This document shows, piece by piece, positions 11,406 through 22,110 of a stretch of 64,000 nucleotides of DNA (positions are counted from its first letter, which is position 1; each line of letters opens with the position of its first letter). Under the pieces are notes generated by a model. That model was given only the letters and a program-made list of their open reading frames with translations. It did not search any database and was not told the DNA's origin. The DNA lies in the NCBI GenBank assembly GCA_963764725.1, contig CAVXTM010000016.1:449186-513185 (forward strand), read 5' to 3'. The position numbers were made by a program, and so were the translations under genes. This stretch comes from an uncultured Gammaproteobacteria bacterium. GTDB taxonomy: Bacteria > Pseudomonadota > Gammaproteobacteria > JACCXJ01.

Positions 11406-12917
11406 TTATTCTATCGATGCGCGCCCGCACGCAAAGTCCGGTGAGGGGACGGAGGCGGTGCTGTCGTGCGCAGGCAAGATCGTTCGCGCGTGGCTCTCGG
11501 ACGCGCGCGAGACCGATTCTGTGCCGCTCGAGGTGAGCGCAACCGGCACCGTCCGCGTGCCCATGCGGCACGGCCTGTCTACGGTTCGATTGCGATTGGA
11601 TGATGAGGCATGAGCGGCGCCGCTTGTTGCGCCAGCCTTGGACGCTGCTGCGGCGTGGAGTTGGATCGCCGTGCGATAGGCGGTCACGAGCTTCTGCGCG
11701 CTCTCTTCGAAGGAAAAGGTGCGCGCGATCTTTCGGTACTCTTCTCCAGAGGCGCGGCGAAGCTCGGGCTGCTCGATCAGCGCGTCGATTTTTTGCGCCA
11801 AAACCTTTTCGTCGCTCGCAGGAAACGAGAAGCGCTCATCGAGCGCCATCGTTGACGCAGCGCTCTCCGGGCTGTCCGCCACGAGCACCGGGCAGCCGAA
11901 GCTCATCGCTTCGAGCACCGACATTCCTTCGAGCTCGACCTCACTCGCGTGCACGAACAAGTCGCAGGTCGCGAGCAGCTGGTCGAGCCGCGGCTGCGGC
12001 ACAAAACCCATCTCGACCTCGTTCGGCAGCCGTTCCGCGAGCGCGCGCAGCCGTCCCTCTTCGGGCCCTGCGCCGGCGAGCACCACTTTGACGTGCTGAC
12101 GGTGTCGGCACAGGCGCAGCGCGCGCAACAACACGTCCTGGCGTTTTTCACGCGCCAGCCGCCCGACCATCAGGATGAGAAAAAAGCCAGAGTCGCGGAC
12201 ATTGCGAAGGTCCGGCTGCCTCGTCGCGTGCGAGACAGTGCCGTTCGACACCTGCTCTACCGGCACCAGGAGCCCATGCTCCCGCAACTTCCGCTCGGCG
12301 AACGCCGTTGGACAGATCACCAGCTCGCTGCGATTGTAGAGCCGGTCGATCCAGAACCGGTACAGCCAATCGCTGAGGCGCTGCGAGCGAACGCCAACGT
12401 TCATCAACACGTTCTCCGGTTGGACGTGAAACGCGGTGACGATGGGAAGGTGCTGCTTTCTCGCCTCTTCGAAGGCCACCATCGACAGCCAAAAGGGATA
12501 CTGTACATGAACGATGTCCGAGGCGGCGAACACCCGAGCGAGCTTGTCGCGTTGCGGGCGCGCGAAGACGAAGCCATTCTCGCGCATGCGCCGAATCGAG
12601 GTGCCGAAGCCCGGCAACGCGACTTGGCCCGGTGAGGGCGGATCTGCGCTGACCACCGTAACCTCGTGTTCTTGGCGCAAGCGGGTGACGAAACGTCGTC
12701 CTGAGACGAGGCCTCCTCCTAGGCCTTCTAAACAATCGGCGATAAACGCGATACGTAGGCGCTCAGGGGATTTTACGCTGACGCGTTGCGAGCGCCCGGC
12801 GTGCTCGACCGCAGCCACGCGTTCACGGCGCTGCTCGATCCGCGCCGGACCGGGCAAATGGATCTGTCGGCGTTCTCGACGTTCGACGCCTGGCTGCACT
12901 GCTTGCATGTTCTTCAT
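11406..12917 (-). CDS. Glycosyltransferase family 4 (GT-B); 3' end runs antisense through the duplicated GH38 tail
   Basis: GGAGG RBS before MKNMQ; FHVQPEN, VGRLAREKRQD, SEVELEGMSVLEAM. Confidence 0.85.
   Translation of the reverse strand: MKNMQAVQPGVERRERRQIHLPGPARIEQRRERVAAVEHAGRSQRVSVKSPERLRIAFIADCLEGLGGGLVSGRRFVTRLRQEHEVTVVSADPPSPGQVALPGFGTSIRRMRENGFVFARPQRDKLARVFAASDIVHVQYPFWLSMVAFEEARKQHLPIVTAFHVQPENVLMNVGVRSQRLSDWLYRFWIDRLYNRSELVICPTAFAERKLREHGLLVPVEQVSNGTVSHATRQPDLRNVRDSGFFLILMVGRLAREKRQDVLLRALRLCRHRQHVKVVLAGAGPEEGRLRALAERLPNEVEMGFVPQPRLDQLLATCDLFVHASEVELEGMSVLEAMSFGCPVLVADSPESAASTMALDERFSFPASDEKVLAQKIDALIEQPELRRASGEEYRKIARTFSFEESAQKLVTAYRTAIQLHAAAASKAGATSGAAHASSSNRNRTVDRPCRMGTRTVPVALTSSGTESVSRASESHARTILPAHDSTASVPSPDFACGRASIE
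11420..11637 (+). repeat. ~220-bp direct repeat, copy 2
   Basis: Matches 10397..10617. Confidence 0.95.
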
Positions 12918-13447
12918 GGTCGCCTCCTGTCTTTGAGGTTCTGAGAAAGCCGCCCGAGGTATCGCAAAAAAATAGGCTACGCCGGGCGGGTTATTGAACT
13001 CGATCGCCAAGACGCGGGCAGGATCCGCTCGGTCCGCACCTTTTGCCATCGCGGTCATCACCGACGGCAGGAATGCGAGCTTGCTACGGAACCCAAAGAC
13101 CTCCAATTGATGCCGGCTCACCGGCAATCCCCTGTAGGTACTCACGAAGCCTTCTCGAGTGGAGCGGAACCGGCCGTCCACTGTGCCCTTTGATTTGCTC
13201 AATGCCAGAACCTGCACTTGCTGGGGACTGACTGGATCCCATTCGACGCCGAAGCCCTTGTGCTTGCGAGATTGCCGGCAAAGGTTTCGGATGCGAGCAG
13301 TGCCACCATGACCGGCAAGATAAGTCTGCTTTTCATAGTCGATACCTCCTTTAAGGTTTAACTTGCCAAGACTTCCGCACACGGGAGCGTTCGGTATCTC
13401 GCTAGCCAGAAGCATCCGCTGCGGAATTGGCTTACGACTTAGGTATC

Positions 13448-13463
13448 AGCAAGCTTCGTTCCA
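13448..13463 (-). promoter_or_regulatory. sigma54 -24/-12 promoter TGGAACG-N4-TTGCT
   Basis: Near-consensus match; lies upstream of an RBS and ATG at 13336 and downstream of a bEBP remnant. Confidence 0.6.
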
Positions 13464-13574
13464 GCCCCGCCCTAAAACGCGCCAATATTGATTAACTCGC
13501 TGGAACGGAACCAGATTTGGACTTGACCAGGGCAGTTTTTTGGTGGGGAAACGAAGCGGTGCCGAAGCCGCCGT

Positions 13575-13606
13575 GCCGACATATCGGCTTCTGCCGATAT
13601 GTCGGC
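13575..13606. promoter_or_regulatory. Perfect 14-bp inverted repeat GCCGACATATCGGC-TTCT-GCCGATATGTCGGC; probable bEBP upstream activator site
   Basis: Seen directly; about 110 bp upstream of the sigma54 promoter. Confidence 0.6.
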
Positions 13607-13607
13607 G

Positions 13608-13710
13608 TCAGGGTGGCGAGAGAGGCCGAGCTTCCTCATTCTGGACTGCGTTGTCCGTTTCATTTCGAGACGGGCCGCAGCGCCGGTGGGCCCCCCGATC
13701 ACCAGGCGTC
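13608..13710 (-). pseudogene. Remnant: C-terminal HTH of an FhlA/NtrC-family sigma54 activator
   Basis: IGGPTGAAARLEMKRTTQSRMRKLG. Confidence 0.75.
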
Positions 13711-13950
13711 CGCGTATAATTTTGAGGCCTCTTCAATAAAATTCTTATACAACTCTTCCCGCCTGGTCATATCGTGTACGAGCTGCTGCGCTCTGACGGA
13801 TCTTCCTCAACGTGGGGTAGTGAGGATCGAGCATAACCTTTTGAATGTCAGCACTTAAATAGAGGAAGAGAGGAAACGGTTTACTGTCTACGAAGCCGCG
13901 GCCGCAATAGTATCTTTTCGCAGTAACTCGACCAGTCCATTGCAGCGTGA

Positions 13951-15532
13951 TCACTTCTTCGCGCGCGGTCGTCGCTCGACCAAGACCCAGGCAGCGAGCG
14001 CGCTCAAGAGCGCGAGGCCCGCACTCAGCAGCATGATCCAGCGAAAGCCGGACACGAAGGAAAGCTGTACGGTGCGCCTGAGCGCCGATGCAACGGTGGC
14101 GTCCACACCGGGTGGGAGTGCGGCGCTCGCCAACCGGCCGCGCTGGCCGTCAAGGAATGCGCTAATCTCCTGCGACACACCTGCCTCGGGCAACCTTTCA
14201 TGCAGAGCATTCTCGAAGGCCCACGCCATCACGATGCCAAAGAAGGCGATCGCTAGCAGCGCGGCCATCCTGGATACGGCATTGTTGACGCCTGAAGCGA
14301 TACCTGCGACATCCGGGCCGACTGAGTTCATCACAGTCGTGGTCAGCGGCGCGACGGTGACCGTCATCCCGATGCCAAGCACGACGACGGCCGGGAAAAA
14401 CCCAATCCAGTAGTCGGCTTCGATGTCCGGCAGCGCAAACAGGGCGAAGCCCGCCGCGGCCGTCACCGGACCCACCACCAACGGCAGCTTGGATCCAAAG
14501 CGATCGACCAAGCTTCCCGCCCAGCGCGACAGTACGAACATGATGAGAATGAACGGCAAGAGCGCCGCGCCCGCCGCGGTGGCGGTATAGCCCTGCACCT
14601 GGATCAGGTTCAGCGGGAAGAAGTACAGGCCTCCACCCAAGGCCGCATACAACAACAGCGTGAGCAAGTTGGCGCCACTGAAGTTGCGGATCCGAAACAA
14701 CTGCAGCGGCAACATCGGAGAGCGTGCCCGCAGTTCGACCACGACGAACACCATCGCCGCTGCGACTCCGACGAGCAGCGAGGCGAGCACTGCCGGCGAG
14801 CCCCATCGTTGTATCGGCGCCTCGATTAATGCGTACACGATGCCGCCCAGCGCAACGGTCGCCAGCAGCGCCCCCCAAAGGTCCAGGCCACCGGTGGAAA
14901 CGCCGCGGCTCTCTGGAACACGCAGCCAAGCGATCGCGAGTGCGACGATCGCCAGCGGCACGTTGACTAGAAACGCCCACACCCATGAGTAGTGATCAAC
15001 CAGGAAGCCCCCCAGCACCGGGCCGAGGGCGGCCGTGATTCCGCTGAACCCAGACCAGGTGCCGATCGCGCGGCCCCGCTCCTTTGCAGGGAAGGACGCA
15101 CTGATGAGCGCGAGGCTGCCCGGCACCAGAAGCGCGGCACCCACGCCCTGCACTGCGCGCGCCGTGATGAGCTGGTGGATGTCCGCGGACAGCGCACAGG
15201 CGACCGAGGCCGCCGCGAACAGCACGACGCCGATCGGCAAAAATCATGCGCCGACCGAAGTGGTCTCCCAGGGAACCGCCGACGAGAAGGAGCGCGGCCA
15301 GAAACAACCCGTACGACTCCACCACCCACTGCGCCTCGAACGCATCGGCCTGCAGATCGCGTTGAATAGCGGGCAGGGCAACGTTGACCGCCGTGCCGTC
15401 GATGAACGCCAGGCTCGAACCGGCAACCGCCGCAACCAGCACCCACCGCCTCGACGCCGGCGCGCATGGTGTGGCCTCTCCGCCGTGCAGTATCAGCGCG
15501 TCATCGCACGGCGGCTTGCCGATCTGACTCAT
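13951..15532 (-). CDS. MFS transporter, DHA2 (14-TM) family; one frameshift near 15240
   Basis: SLAFIDGTAVNVALPAI, GGSLGDHFGRR, ARAVQGVGAALLVPGS, ERGRAIGTW. Confidence 0.88.
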
Positions 15533-15649
15533 GGACTGTACGCCTTCTCTCGCGTCGACGGTGCTGGAACCGGTCCGAAAGCTCGATGCTCCGCACCGTT
15601 ACCCACGTGTCAGCCGCGCGGTGGGTCGTGTGATTGGGAAGACGAACGA

Positions 15650-15770
15650 GCGACGGCAAGATACCGGTGGATCTGTGCCACCGCCGCGGCGCGTTCGCCG
15701 ATCGCGTCTCCCACACGTTTCACCGAGGCGGAACGCACGTCGCCCACCGCGAACACGCCGGGAGGCCCTG
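15650..15770 (-). pseudogene. Remnant: C-terminus of a thioredoxin-reductase-like FAD oxidoreductase
   Basis: PGVFAVGDVRSASVKRVGDAIGE..AVAQIHRYL. Confidence 0.65.
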
Positions 15771-15789
15771 GATCACGAGCCTGCGTTAA

Positions 15790-18006
15790 TTACGTAGAAC
15801 GCAGTTGGTCCGGCTTCACCGGCAGCTTGCGGACGCGCTTGCCGGTCGCTGCGAAGATCGCGTTGGTCACCGCCGGTGCGATCGCTGACGTACCCGGCTC
15901 GCCGATGCCCCCCGGCGCCTCCGCGCTCTTCACGAGATGCACTTCGATCACGGGTGCCTCGTTGATACGCAGCGTGCGGTAGTCGTCGAAGTTATTTTGC
16001 TCGACGCGGCCGTCCTTGATCGTGATCTCTCCAAAGAGGGCACGCCGTGATCCCGAAGATGATTCCGCCTTCCATCTGCGCCTTTACCGTGTCCGGATTG
16101 ACGATCATCCCGCAGTCGACCGCGCAGACTACGCGCTGGACTCGCACTTCGCCCTCCTTGGAGACCGCTACCTCCGCGACCTGTGCCAGATAGCTGCCAA
16201 AGGCGTGCTGCAGCGGACACGCCCACGACCGCTGGCCCTGCGGCAGCGGCTTGACCCCAGCCGGCCTTCTCCGTGGCCAGATCGAGCACCGCCCGGGCGC
16301 GCGGCGACTTGCCGAGCAGGGCGCGGCGGTATTCGACCGGATCCTTCTTCGCCGCCGCCGCGAGTTCGTCGATGAAGCTCTCGACCACGAAGATGTTGTG
16401 CGTGGGCCCGACGCCGCGCCAGAACCGGTGGCAATACCCGGCGGCTCCTGACGCACGTACTCGACCAGGATGTTGGGGAACGCATAGGGCAGCTCCGCCG
16501 CGCCGTCCACGGCATCCGGATCGAGGCCCTCACCATAGCGATGAGGTTGTGGAGGCCGGCTGCGCGCATCACCCTAGGTCTTGGGAACGCTGCGGGTAAC
16601 GCGCGCCAGGATCGAGGACCCGGTGATCCGATGGCTCCAGGCGATCGGCCTGCCGTGTTCGTCGAGGCCGGCGGCGATCCGATCGTAGTAGTACGGCCGG
16701 TACATGTCGTGCTGGATGTCTTCTTCGCGGGTCCAGATCACCTTGACCGGACCAGCGACCTGCTTCGCGATCTGCACCGCCTGGGCGATGAAATCCACCT
16801 CGAGCCGCCGGCCGAAGCCGCCGCCGAGCAGATGGTTATGCACCTGGACCTTCTCAGGCGGCAGACCGGTCACCTGCGCGGCGGCGGCCTGGGCGCGGGT
16901 CGCGCACCTGGGTGCCCACCCAGACATCGCAGCCGTCCTTGCGCACGTGGACGGTGCAGTTCACCGGCTCCATCGTGGCGTGCGCGAGGAACGGCACCTG
17001 GTAGACCGCCTCGACCTTCTGGGCGGCGCCGGCCATGGCCTTGGCGACATCGCCCTCCTTGCGCGCGACCACGCCCGGCGTCTGCGAGGCCGCTTCGAGT
17101 TGCTGCACGATATCGGCGGTGCTGAGCTTGGCGTTCGGGCCCTCGTTCCAGCGGATGTCGAGCGCAGCCAGGCCCTGCTTCGCCGCCCACATGTGATCGG
17201 CGACCACCGCCACGGCGTCGTCGAGGCGCACCACTTGGTGCACGCCCTTGATCGCCTTCGCCTTGCCGTCGTCCACGCTCGCGAGCTTGCCGCCGAACAC
17301 CGGACAGGCGGCAACGGTGGCGATCTTCATGCCGGGGACCTTCACGTCGATGCCGAACTGCGCCTTGCCGTTGACCTTGTCAGGGCTGTCGAGGCGCTTG
17401 GCGGGGGTGCCGATCAGCTTGAAGTCCTTCGGGTCCTTGAGCGCGACCTGGTCCGGCACCGGCAAGGCTGCAGCCTTATCGACCAGGGCGCCGTAGTTGA
17501 GCTTGCGGCCGGTCGGCACGTGGATCACCTCGCCCTTCTCGGCGCGGCAGGAATTCGCATCGACGTTCCAGGTCGCGCCGCGGCGGACACCAGCAGCGTG
17601 CGAGCGGTGGCGCCGGCACGGCGCAGCGGTTCCCAGGCGCCACGCACCGAGGTCGAGCCGCCGGTCATCCTGAAACCCGACCAGCGGATTGGCATAGAGC
17701 TTATCGTCGGGCGGCGCATGTTCGAGGTGGACCTGGGCCAGATCCACTTCCAGCTCTTCGGCGAGCGAGCATCGGCAGGGAGGTGTAGGTGCCCTGCCCC
17801 ATCTCGACCTGGTGCACGACGAGGGTCACGCGCCCTCGACGGTCGATGCGGATAAAAGCGTTGGGCGCGAAGGTGTTTGCCGTGGCGGTCTCGGCGGCCT
17901 CGGCATTACGCATCAGCGCGGGTAGGCTGAAGCTCAGCAGCAGCCCGCCGCCGGCGGCCGCGCTGGCTTTCAGAAAAGTCCGTCGGGAGATACCGCCCTC
18001 GGACAT
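15790..18006 (-). CDS. Xanthine dehydrogenase-family molybdopterin subunit (IorB-like, Tat signal); multiple frameshifts
   Basis: [53 protein letters not shown]. Confidence 0.88.
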
Positions 18007-18056
18007 GGACTCAGCACCCTCTTGAGCAGCGTACAGCAGTTGTTCGAGACTCATGG

Positions 18057-18534
18057 TCAGGCTCCCTTTATAGCAGTGGCTTTAGACTGCGCCGCCTGTT
18101 TGATCGCGGCGCGGATGCGCGGATAGGTGCCGCAGCGACAGATGTTGCCGGCCATGGCCGCGTCGATGTCGGCATCGGTGGGATTTGGATTGCTCGCCAG
18201 CAGCGCGGATGCGGACATGATCTGGCCCGACTGGCAGTAGCCGCACTGGACCACTTCCAGATCCAGCCAGGCTTTCTGCACCTTCTTGCCGCTCGGAGTT
18301 TCGCCGATCGCCTCGATGGTCGTGATCCTTCTTTCCGCCGACCGCCGATACCGGCGTCACACACGAGCGTGTCGGCGTACCGTCCACGTGCACCGTACAG
18401 GCCCCGCATAGCGCCATGCCGCAACCGAACTTGGTGCCGGTCAGACCCACCACGTCGCGCAGCACCCAGAGCAAAGGCATATCGGGAGATACGTCGACCG
18501 TGTGATCCTCACCGTTGATTTTTAGTGTGGCCAT
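18057..18534 (-). CDS. (2Fe-2S) small subunit (IorA-like); one frameshift
   Basis: [14 protein letters not shown] and [17 protein letters not shown] in two frames. Confidence 0.9.
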
Positions 18535-18563
18535 GATTATGTCCTCCAGGTGTCGGTCCTACA

Positions 18564-19172
18564 CTAGATTATGGCATCCGCAAACCGAGTTTGCACCGCG
18601 TCGAGGTCCGCTTGCGTATCGATATCCACCAAGACAGCGTCGTCCGGCATTTCCACTTCGACGATCTGGTCGGCAAGCTCGCGGAACAGCACCCTCGCGC
18701 CCTGATCGCCGCGTAGCTCCAGCAAACGCGGGAAGTACTGCGCGCTCCACAGTACGGGATTCCCGCGCTTGCTTCTATACGTGGGAATGCAGATGCTACG
18801 GCCCTTCGCGGGGGCGAATGCGGCCAGCAGTGGACCCAAATGGCGAGGAGCGATCAGGGGCATGTCACCGAGCAGGAATACGGCGGCGTCGACCTCCGCC
18901 GCGATCGCCGCCACACCGGCACGGATGGATGAAGCCAGGCCCTCCTCACTATGGTCGTTGCCGACGATCCGCACCGGTAATCCCTCCAGGGCCGCGGGCA
19001 GCGCTTCGCGATCGGACCCGACAACCACGATCACCGGATCGAGACCGGCATCGAGCGCCGTCTGGACCACATGCCGGATGACGAGACGATTGCCCAAGGA
19101 CATCAGCAGCTTGTTCGCCGGCGCCAGGCGCGATGATAGACCTGCCGCGAGTATGACCGCTCCGAATTCCAT
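18564..19172 (-). CDS. mocA: Molybdenum cofactor cytidylyltransferase (MocA-like)
   Basis: ILAAGLSSRL..NKLL, LGDMP, GNPV, GDQGAR, DIDT. Confidence 0.85.
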   Translation of the reverse strand: MEFGAVILAAGLSSRLAPANKLLMSLGNRLVIRHVVQTALDAGLDPVIVVVGSDREALPAALEGLPVRIVGNDHSEEGLASSIRAGVAAIAAEVDAAVFLLGDMPLIAPRHLGPLLAAFAPAKGRSICIPTYRSKRGNPVLWSAQYFPRLLELRGDQGARVLFRELADQIVEVEMPDDAVLVDIDTQADLDAVQTRFADAII

Positions 19173-19174
19173 CG

Positions 19175-20191
19175 CTATGCCCCGGTCCGCCGTTCCTGGG
19201 TGATCTGCGCCAGGATCGAGATGGCGATCTCGGCGGGCGTCACCGCACCGATGCTCAGTCCGACCGGGCCATGGATGCGGGCGCAATCCGCTGCGGAGAA
19301 GCCGCGCTGTGCCAGGCGGTCCAGCCGGCTCTCATGCGTTTTCCGGCTGCCCAGCGCGCCGATGTAAGATGCGGGCGAGCGCAGCGCCCAGGCTAGCGCC
19401 GGGTCGTCGAGCTTGGGATCGTGGGTCAGGGTTACCAGCGCGGTCCGCCGATCGGCCGTGATCTCGGCCAGGGCGAGATCAGGCCAGCGGGCATCGACGC
19501 TGAGCCCGGCGAAGCGCTCGGCTTCGGCAAACGCGCCGCGCGGGTCGATGATCAGGATCTCATAGCCCGCGAGGGCTGCGAGGTGCGCCAATGGCTGCGC
19601 GATGTGAACGGCGCCGACTAAAATCAGCTTGAACGGAGGATTGAAGACCTGGATGAAGACCAGCCCCGAAGCCGAGTCGAACCGCTCGCTGCGATCCTCG
19701 GCTAACAGTTCTCGGCTCCGCGTGATCGCGCCTGGGTCGATCTCAGTATCATGCGACATTGACGCCGGTCCGACGACGATCTGCTCGCCGGTGCGAAGCC
19801 AAGTCAGTAGCGCGACGGGAACCTTCGCCCTCTTCGCCTCGAGAATCGCGGAAAGGACATTAGAATTCATTCGATTGACCGGCTCGACAAAAACCTGGAT
19901 CCGGCCCCCGCAGCTGAGCCCCACGGACCAGGCATCCTCGTTTGCAATGCCAAAATCGAGCAATGCCGGTTCTCCGGTCTCGATGACCTCCAGTGCGCGG
20001 CGCACCACTTCCCCTTCGACGCAGCCTCCCGAAACTGAGCCCATGAATCGCCCCGAATCATCAGCTAGCAACTGACTTCCCGGCGGGCGCGGCGATGAGC
20101 CCCAGGCTGCCACAACGGTTGCGAGCGCGCCGCGCCGGCCTTCACTGCGCCAGGCGGCTGCCAATTCCAACAGGTCCAGCTCATGCCCCAT
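19175..20191 (-). CDS. xdhC: XdhC/CoxI family Moco insertion chaperone
   Basis: GSSPRPPG, GSVSGGCVE, LSCGG, THDPKLDD, YIGALGSR. Confidence 0.9.
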   Translation of the reverse strand: MGHELDLLELAAAWRSEGRRGALATVVAAWGSSPRPPGSQLLADDSGRFMGSVSGGCVEGEVVRRALEVIETGEPALLDFGIANEDAWSVGLSCGGRIQVFVEPVNRMNSNVLSAILEAKRAKVPVALLTWLRTGEQIVVGPASMSHDTEIDPGAITRSRELLAEDRSERFDSASGLVFIQVFNPPFKLILVGAVHIAQPLAHLAALAGYEILIIDPRGAFAEAERFAGLSVDARWPDLALAEITADRRTALVTLTHDPKLDDPALAWALRSPASYIGALGSRKTHESRLDRLAQRGFSAADCARIHGPVGLSIGAVTPAEIAISILAQITQERRTGA

Positions 20192-20398
20192 ATTGATCCC
20201 TACGTTTCGCCGCGGCCAAACCTTGGCAATGATCTCGCCTGTCGTCGGGACCCTGAAACTGGATTGCGCGATCACAGGCCACGAGCGCCCCGCTTAGCTT
20301 CTCGTCGTGGCGCGTAAGACCGCGAGGAGCACGAGGCTTCATTGGCAACAAGGGCGACGTTCTCTGATTGTTCGTTCATCAGTTGACACCGCGGCGTC

Positions 20399-20505
20399 CT
20401 ATGCTCGCTTCTCCCGCAGCGGCTTCAACGCGCCGCCCCAGGCGATAACCTGGTCGAGCATAGCGTTGACAGACTTCCCCTGCTGGGAAGCCGGCTTGAA
20501 GGCGA
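20399..20505 (-). pseudogene. Remnant: C-terminus of an NAD(P)H-dependent FMN reductase
   Basis: FKPASQQGKSVNAMLDQVIAWGGALKPLR. Confidence 0.6.
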
Positions 20506-20600
20506 TCGAACGGTCTCGACGTCCACGTGCGTCACTCCGTTGGCTTTGGCATCTGGATACAGCTTTGAAGGGAAACTTTTCTCCGTGATACACGATATGT

Positions 20601-22100
20601 TTACTGTTCAGCCGGAACGGCGGGCCCTGAGTTTTGTCCGATATTGATCTCATCGTTGCCTCGGCCCACTGAGCGTTCTACGGCCCAACCGCCACCAAAA
20701 GCTCTGCAAAGCGAGACCAAGGAGACACGAACGGCGGTTTCAGCTTTGACACGCTCGTCGTTGATCGAAAGTTTGGTGCGTTGAGCATCCAGCACGGATA
20801 AATAATCACTCGCTCCTCGCAGGTATAAGGCTTCGGAGAATCGATAGGTTTTATCTGCTGCTTGTTCGGCCTGTAGCAGTTCCTCGCGGTGCTCCTTCGA
20901 GGAGGTATGCGCGACAAAGGCATTTTCCACGTCTTCCAAGGCGAGAAGGAAGGTTTTTTCGTACTTCGCCGCGACTTGATCTAGCCGCGCGTCCGCGCCA
21001 GCGATGTGAGCTCGAATGCGTCCTGCATTGAAGATCGGCGCCGTGAGCCCAGAACCGAGGGCATATACCCCCTCCGCCAGACTCGAAAATCCTCCGACGG
21101 CCAGTGCGCCGAACCCACCGCTTGCTGACAGCACCAACTTCGGAAACTGATCGGCACGCGCTGTACCAAGGCTGGCCGCTGCTACACTCACTTCGGTTTG
21201 TGCAAGGCGCAGATCGGGCCGTTGTGACAGTAAGCTCGAAGGTAAGAGTTTTGGGATAGCTGGCAGAGCTGAAGGAAGAACTGCAGCAACTAATCGGCTT
21301 TCAAGTTTCGCCGGAGACTCGCCAAGCAACACACTGAGGCGATGGATAAGCGTTGCCTCTGCTGCGTTCAGTACCGGGAGGGCACTCTCGGTGCTATGCA
21401 CCAAGGTTTCCTGGCGGGACACATCGGTGTCGTTTGTTAAACCTGCACGATAAAAGGCCTGCAGAGCTCTGAGCCTTTCGCGCTGGATCCCGATATTTTT
21501 CCGCAGAATGGCAATCCGTTCCTGTGCGCCGCGCAGCTCCAGGTAGTTCGTTGCCACCTGAGCCAGCAATCCAACCTGTACCCCATGTCGAGCCTCTTCG
21601 GTTCCCGCAGCCTGAGCAGCCATCCCCTCGGCTTCAAGATGCCTGGCACCGAAAACGTCAATTTCCCACCGTGCAGCAAGCCCACCGGTGATAACATTGG
21701 CGGTGGGTGTGACCAGCTCTATCCCCTGGTTACCCGGTACCGCGATGATTCGGTCAATGCGCTTATCTCGGCCGCCTGATAAAAAGAAATCAACGCTAGG
21801 GTAAAGTGCTGATTCCGCAACCGTGACTAGAGCGTTGGCCTCGCGCACGCGAGCCGTTGCGATTCTGAGATCGTGGTTCGCGGCCAATGCCTGGCTGATC
21901 AACTCGTTCAGAAGGGGATCATGAAATCCTTGCCACCATTCCTTGAGGTCGGCCTGATTGGAATTGTCTTGAACAACTGGGGCATGATGCCAATCCGTCG
22001 GAGTCGATAATAGTACCCGATCACTCACACGCGTCGGTGTACAGCCTGCTAAAATCACTATCATAAAGGCGATGCTTGGTATTAGATAGCGGGCCATCAC
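20601..22100 (-). CDS. RND efflux outer membrane lipoprotein (NodT/OprM family)
   Basis: Lipobox LAGC, WWQGFHDPLL, WEIDVFG, LLSQRPD. Confidence 0.92.
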   Translation of the reverse strand: MMARYLIPSIAFMIVILAGCTPTRVSDRVLLSTPTDWHHAPVVQDNSNQADLKEWWQGFHDPLLNELISQALAANHDLRIATARVREANALVTVAESALYPSVDFFLSGGRDKRIDRIIAVPGNQGIELVTPTANVITGGLAARWEIDVFGARHLEAEGMAAQAAGTEEARHGVQVGLLAQVATNYLELRGAQERIAILRKNIGIQRERLRALQAFYRAGLTNDTDVSRQETLVHSTESALPVLNAAEATLIHRLSVLLGESPAKLESRLVAAVLPSALPAIPKLLPSSLLSQRPDLRLAQTEVSVAAASLGTARADQFPKLVLSASGGFGALAVGGFSSLAEGVYALGSGLTAPIFNAGRIRAHIAGADARLDQVAAKYEKTFLLALEDVENAFVAHTSSKEHREELLQAEQAADKTYRFSEALYLRGASDYLSVLDAQRTKLSINDERVKAETAVRVSLVSLCRAFGGGWAVERSVGRGNDEINIGQNSGPAVPAEQ

Positions 22101-22110
22101 GGGAACCTCT

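Noticed and set aside
10397-11637. Diversity-generating retroelement TR/VR pair
   Set aside because: Differences are not adenine-specific, include an indel, and there is no reverse transcriptase in the window.
16520-16590. Apparent insertion in the IorB-like gene
   Set aside because: Reads as a plausible variable loop once indels are allowed; no repeats or target duplication.
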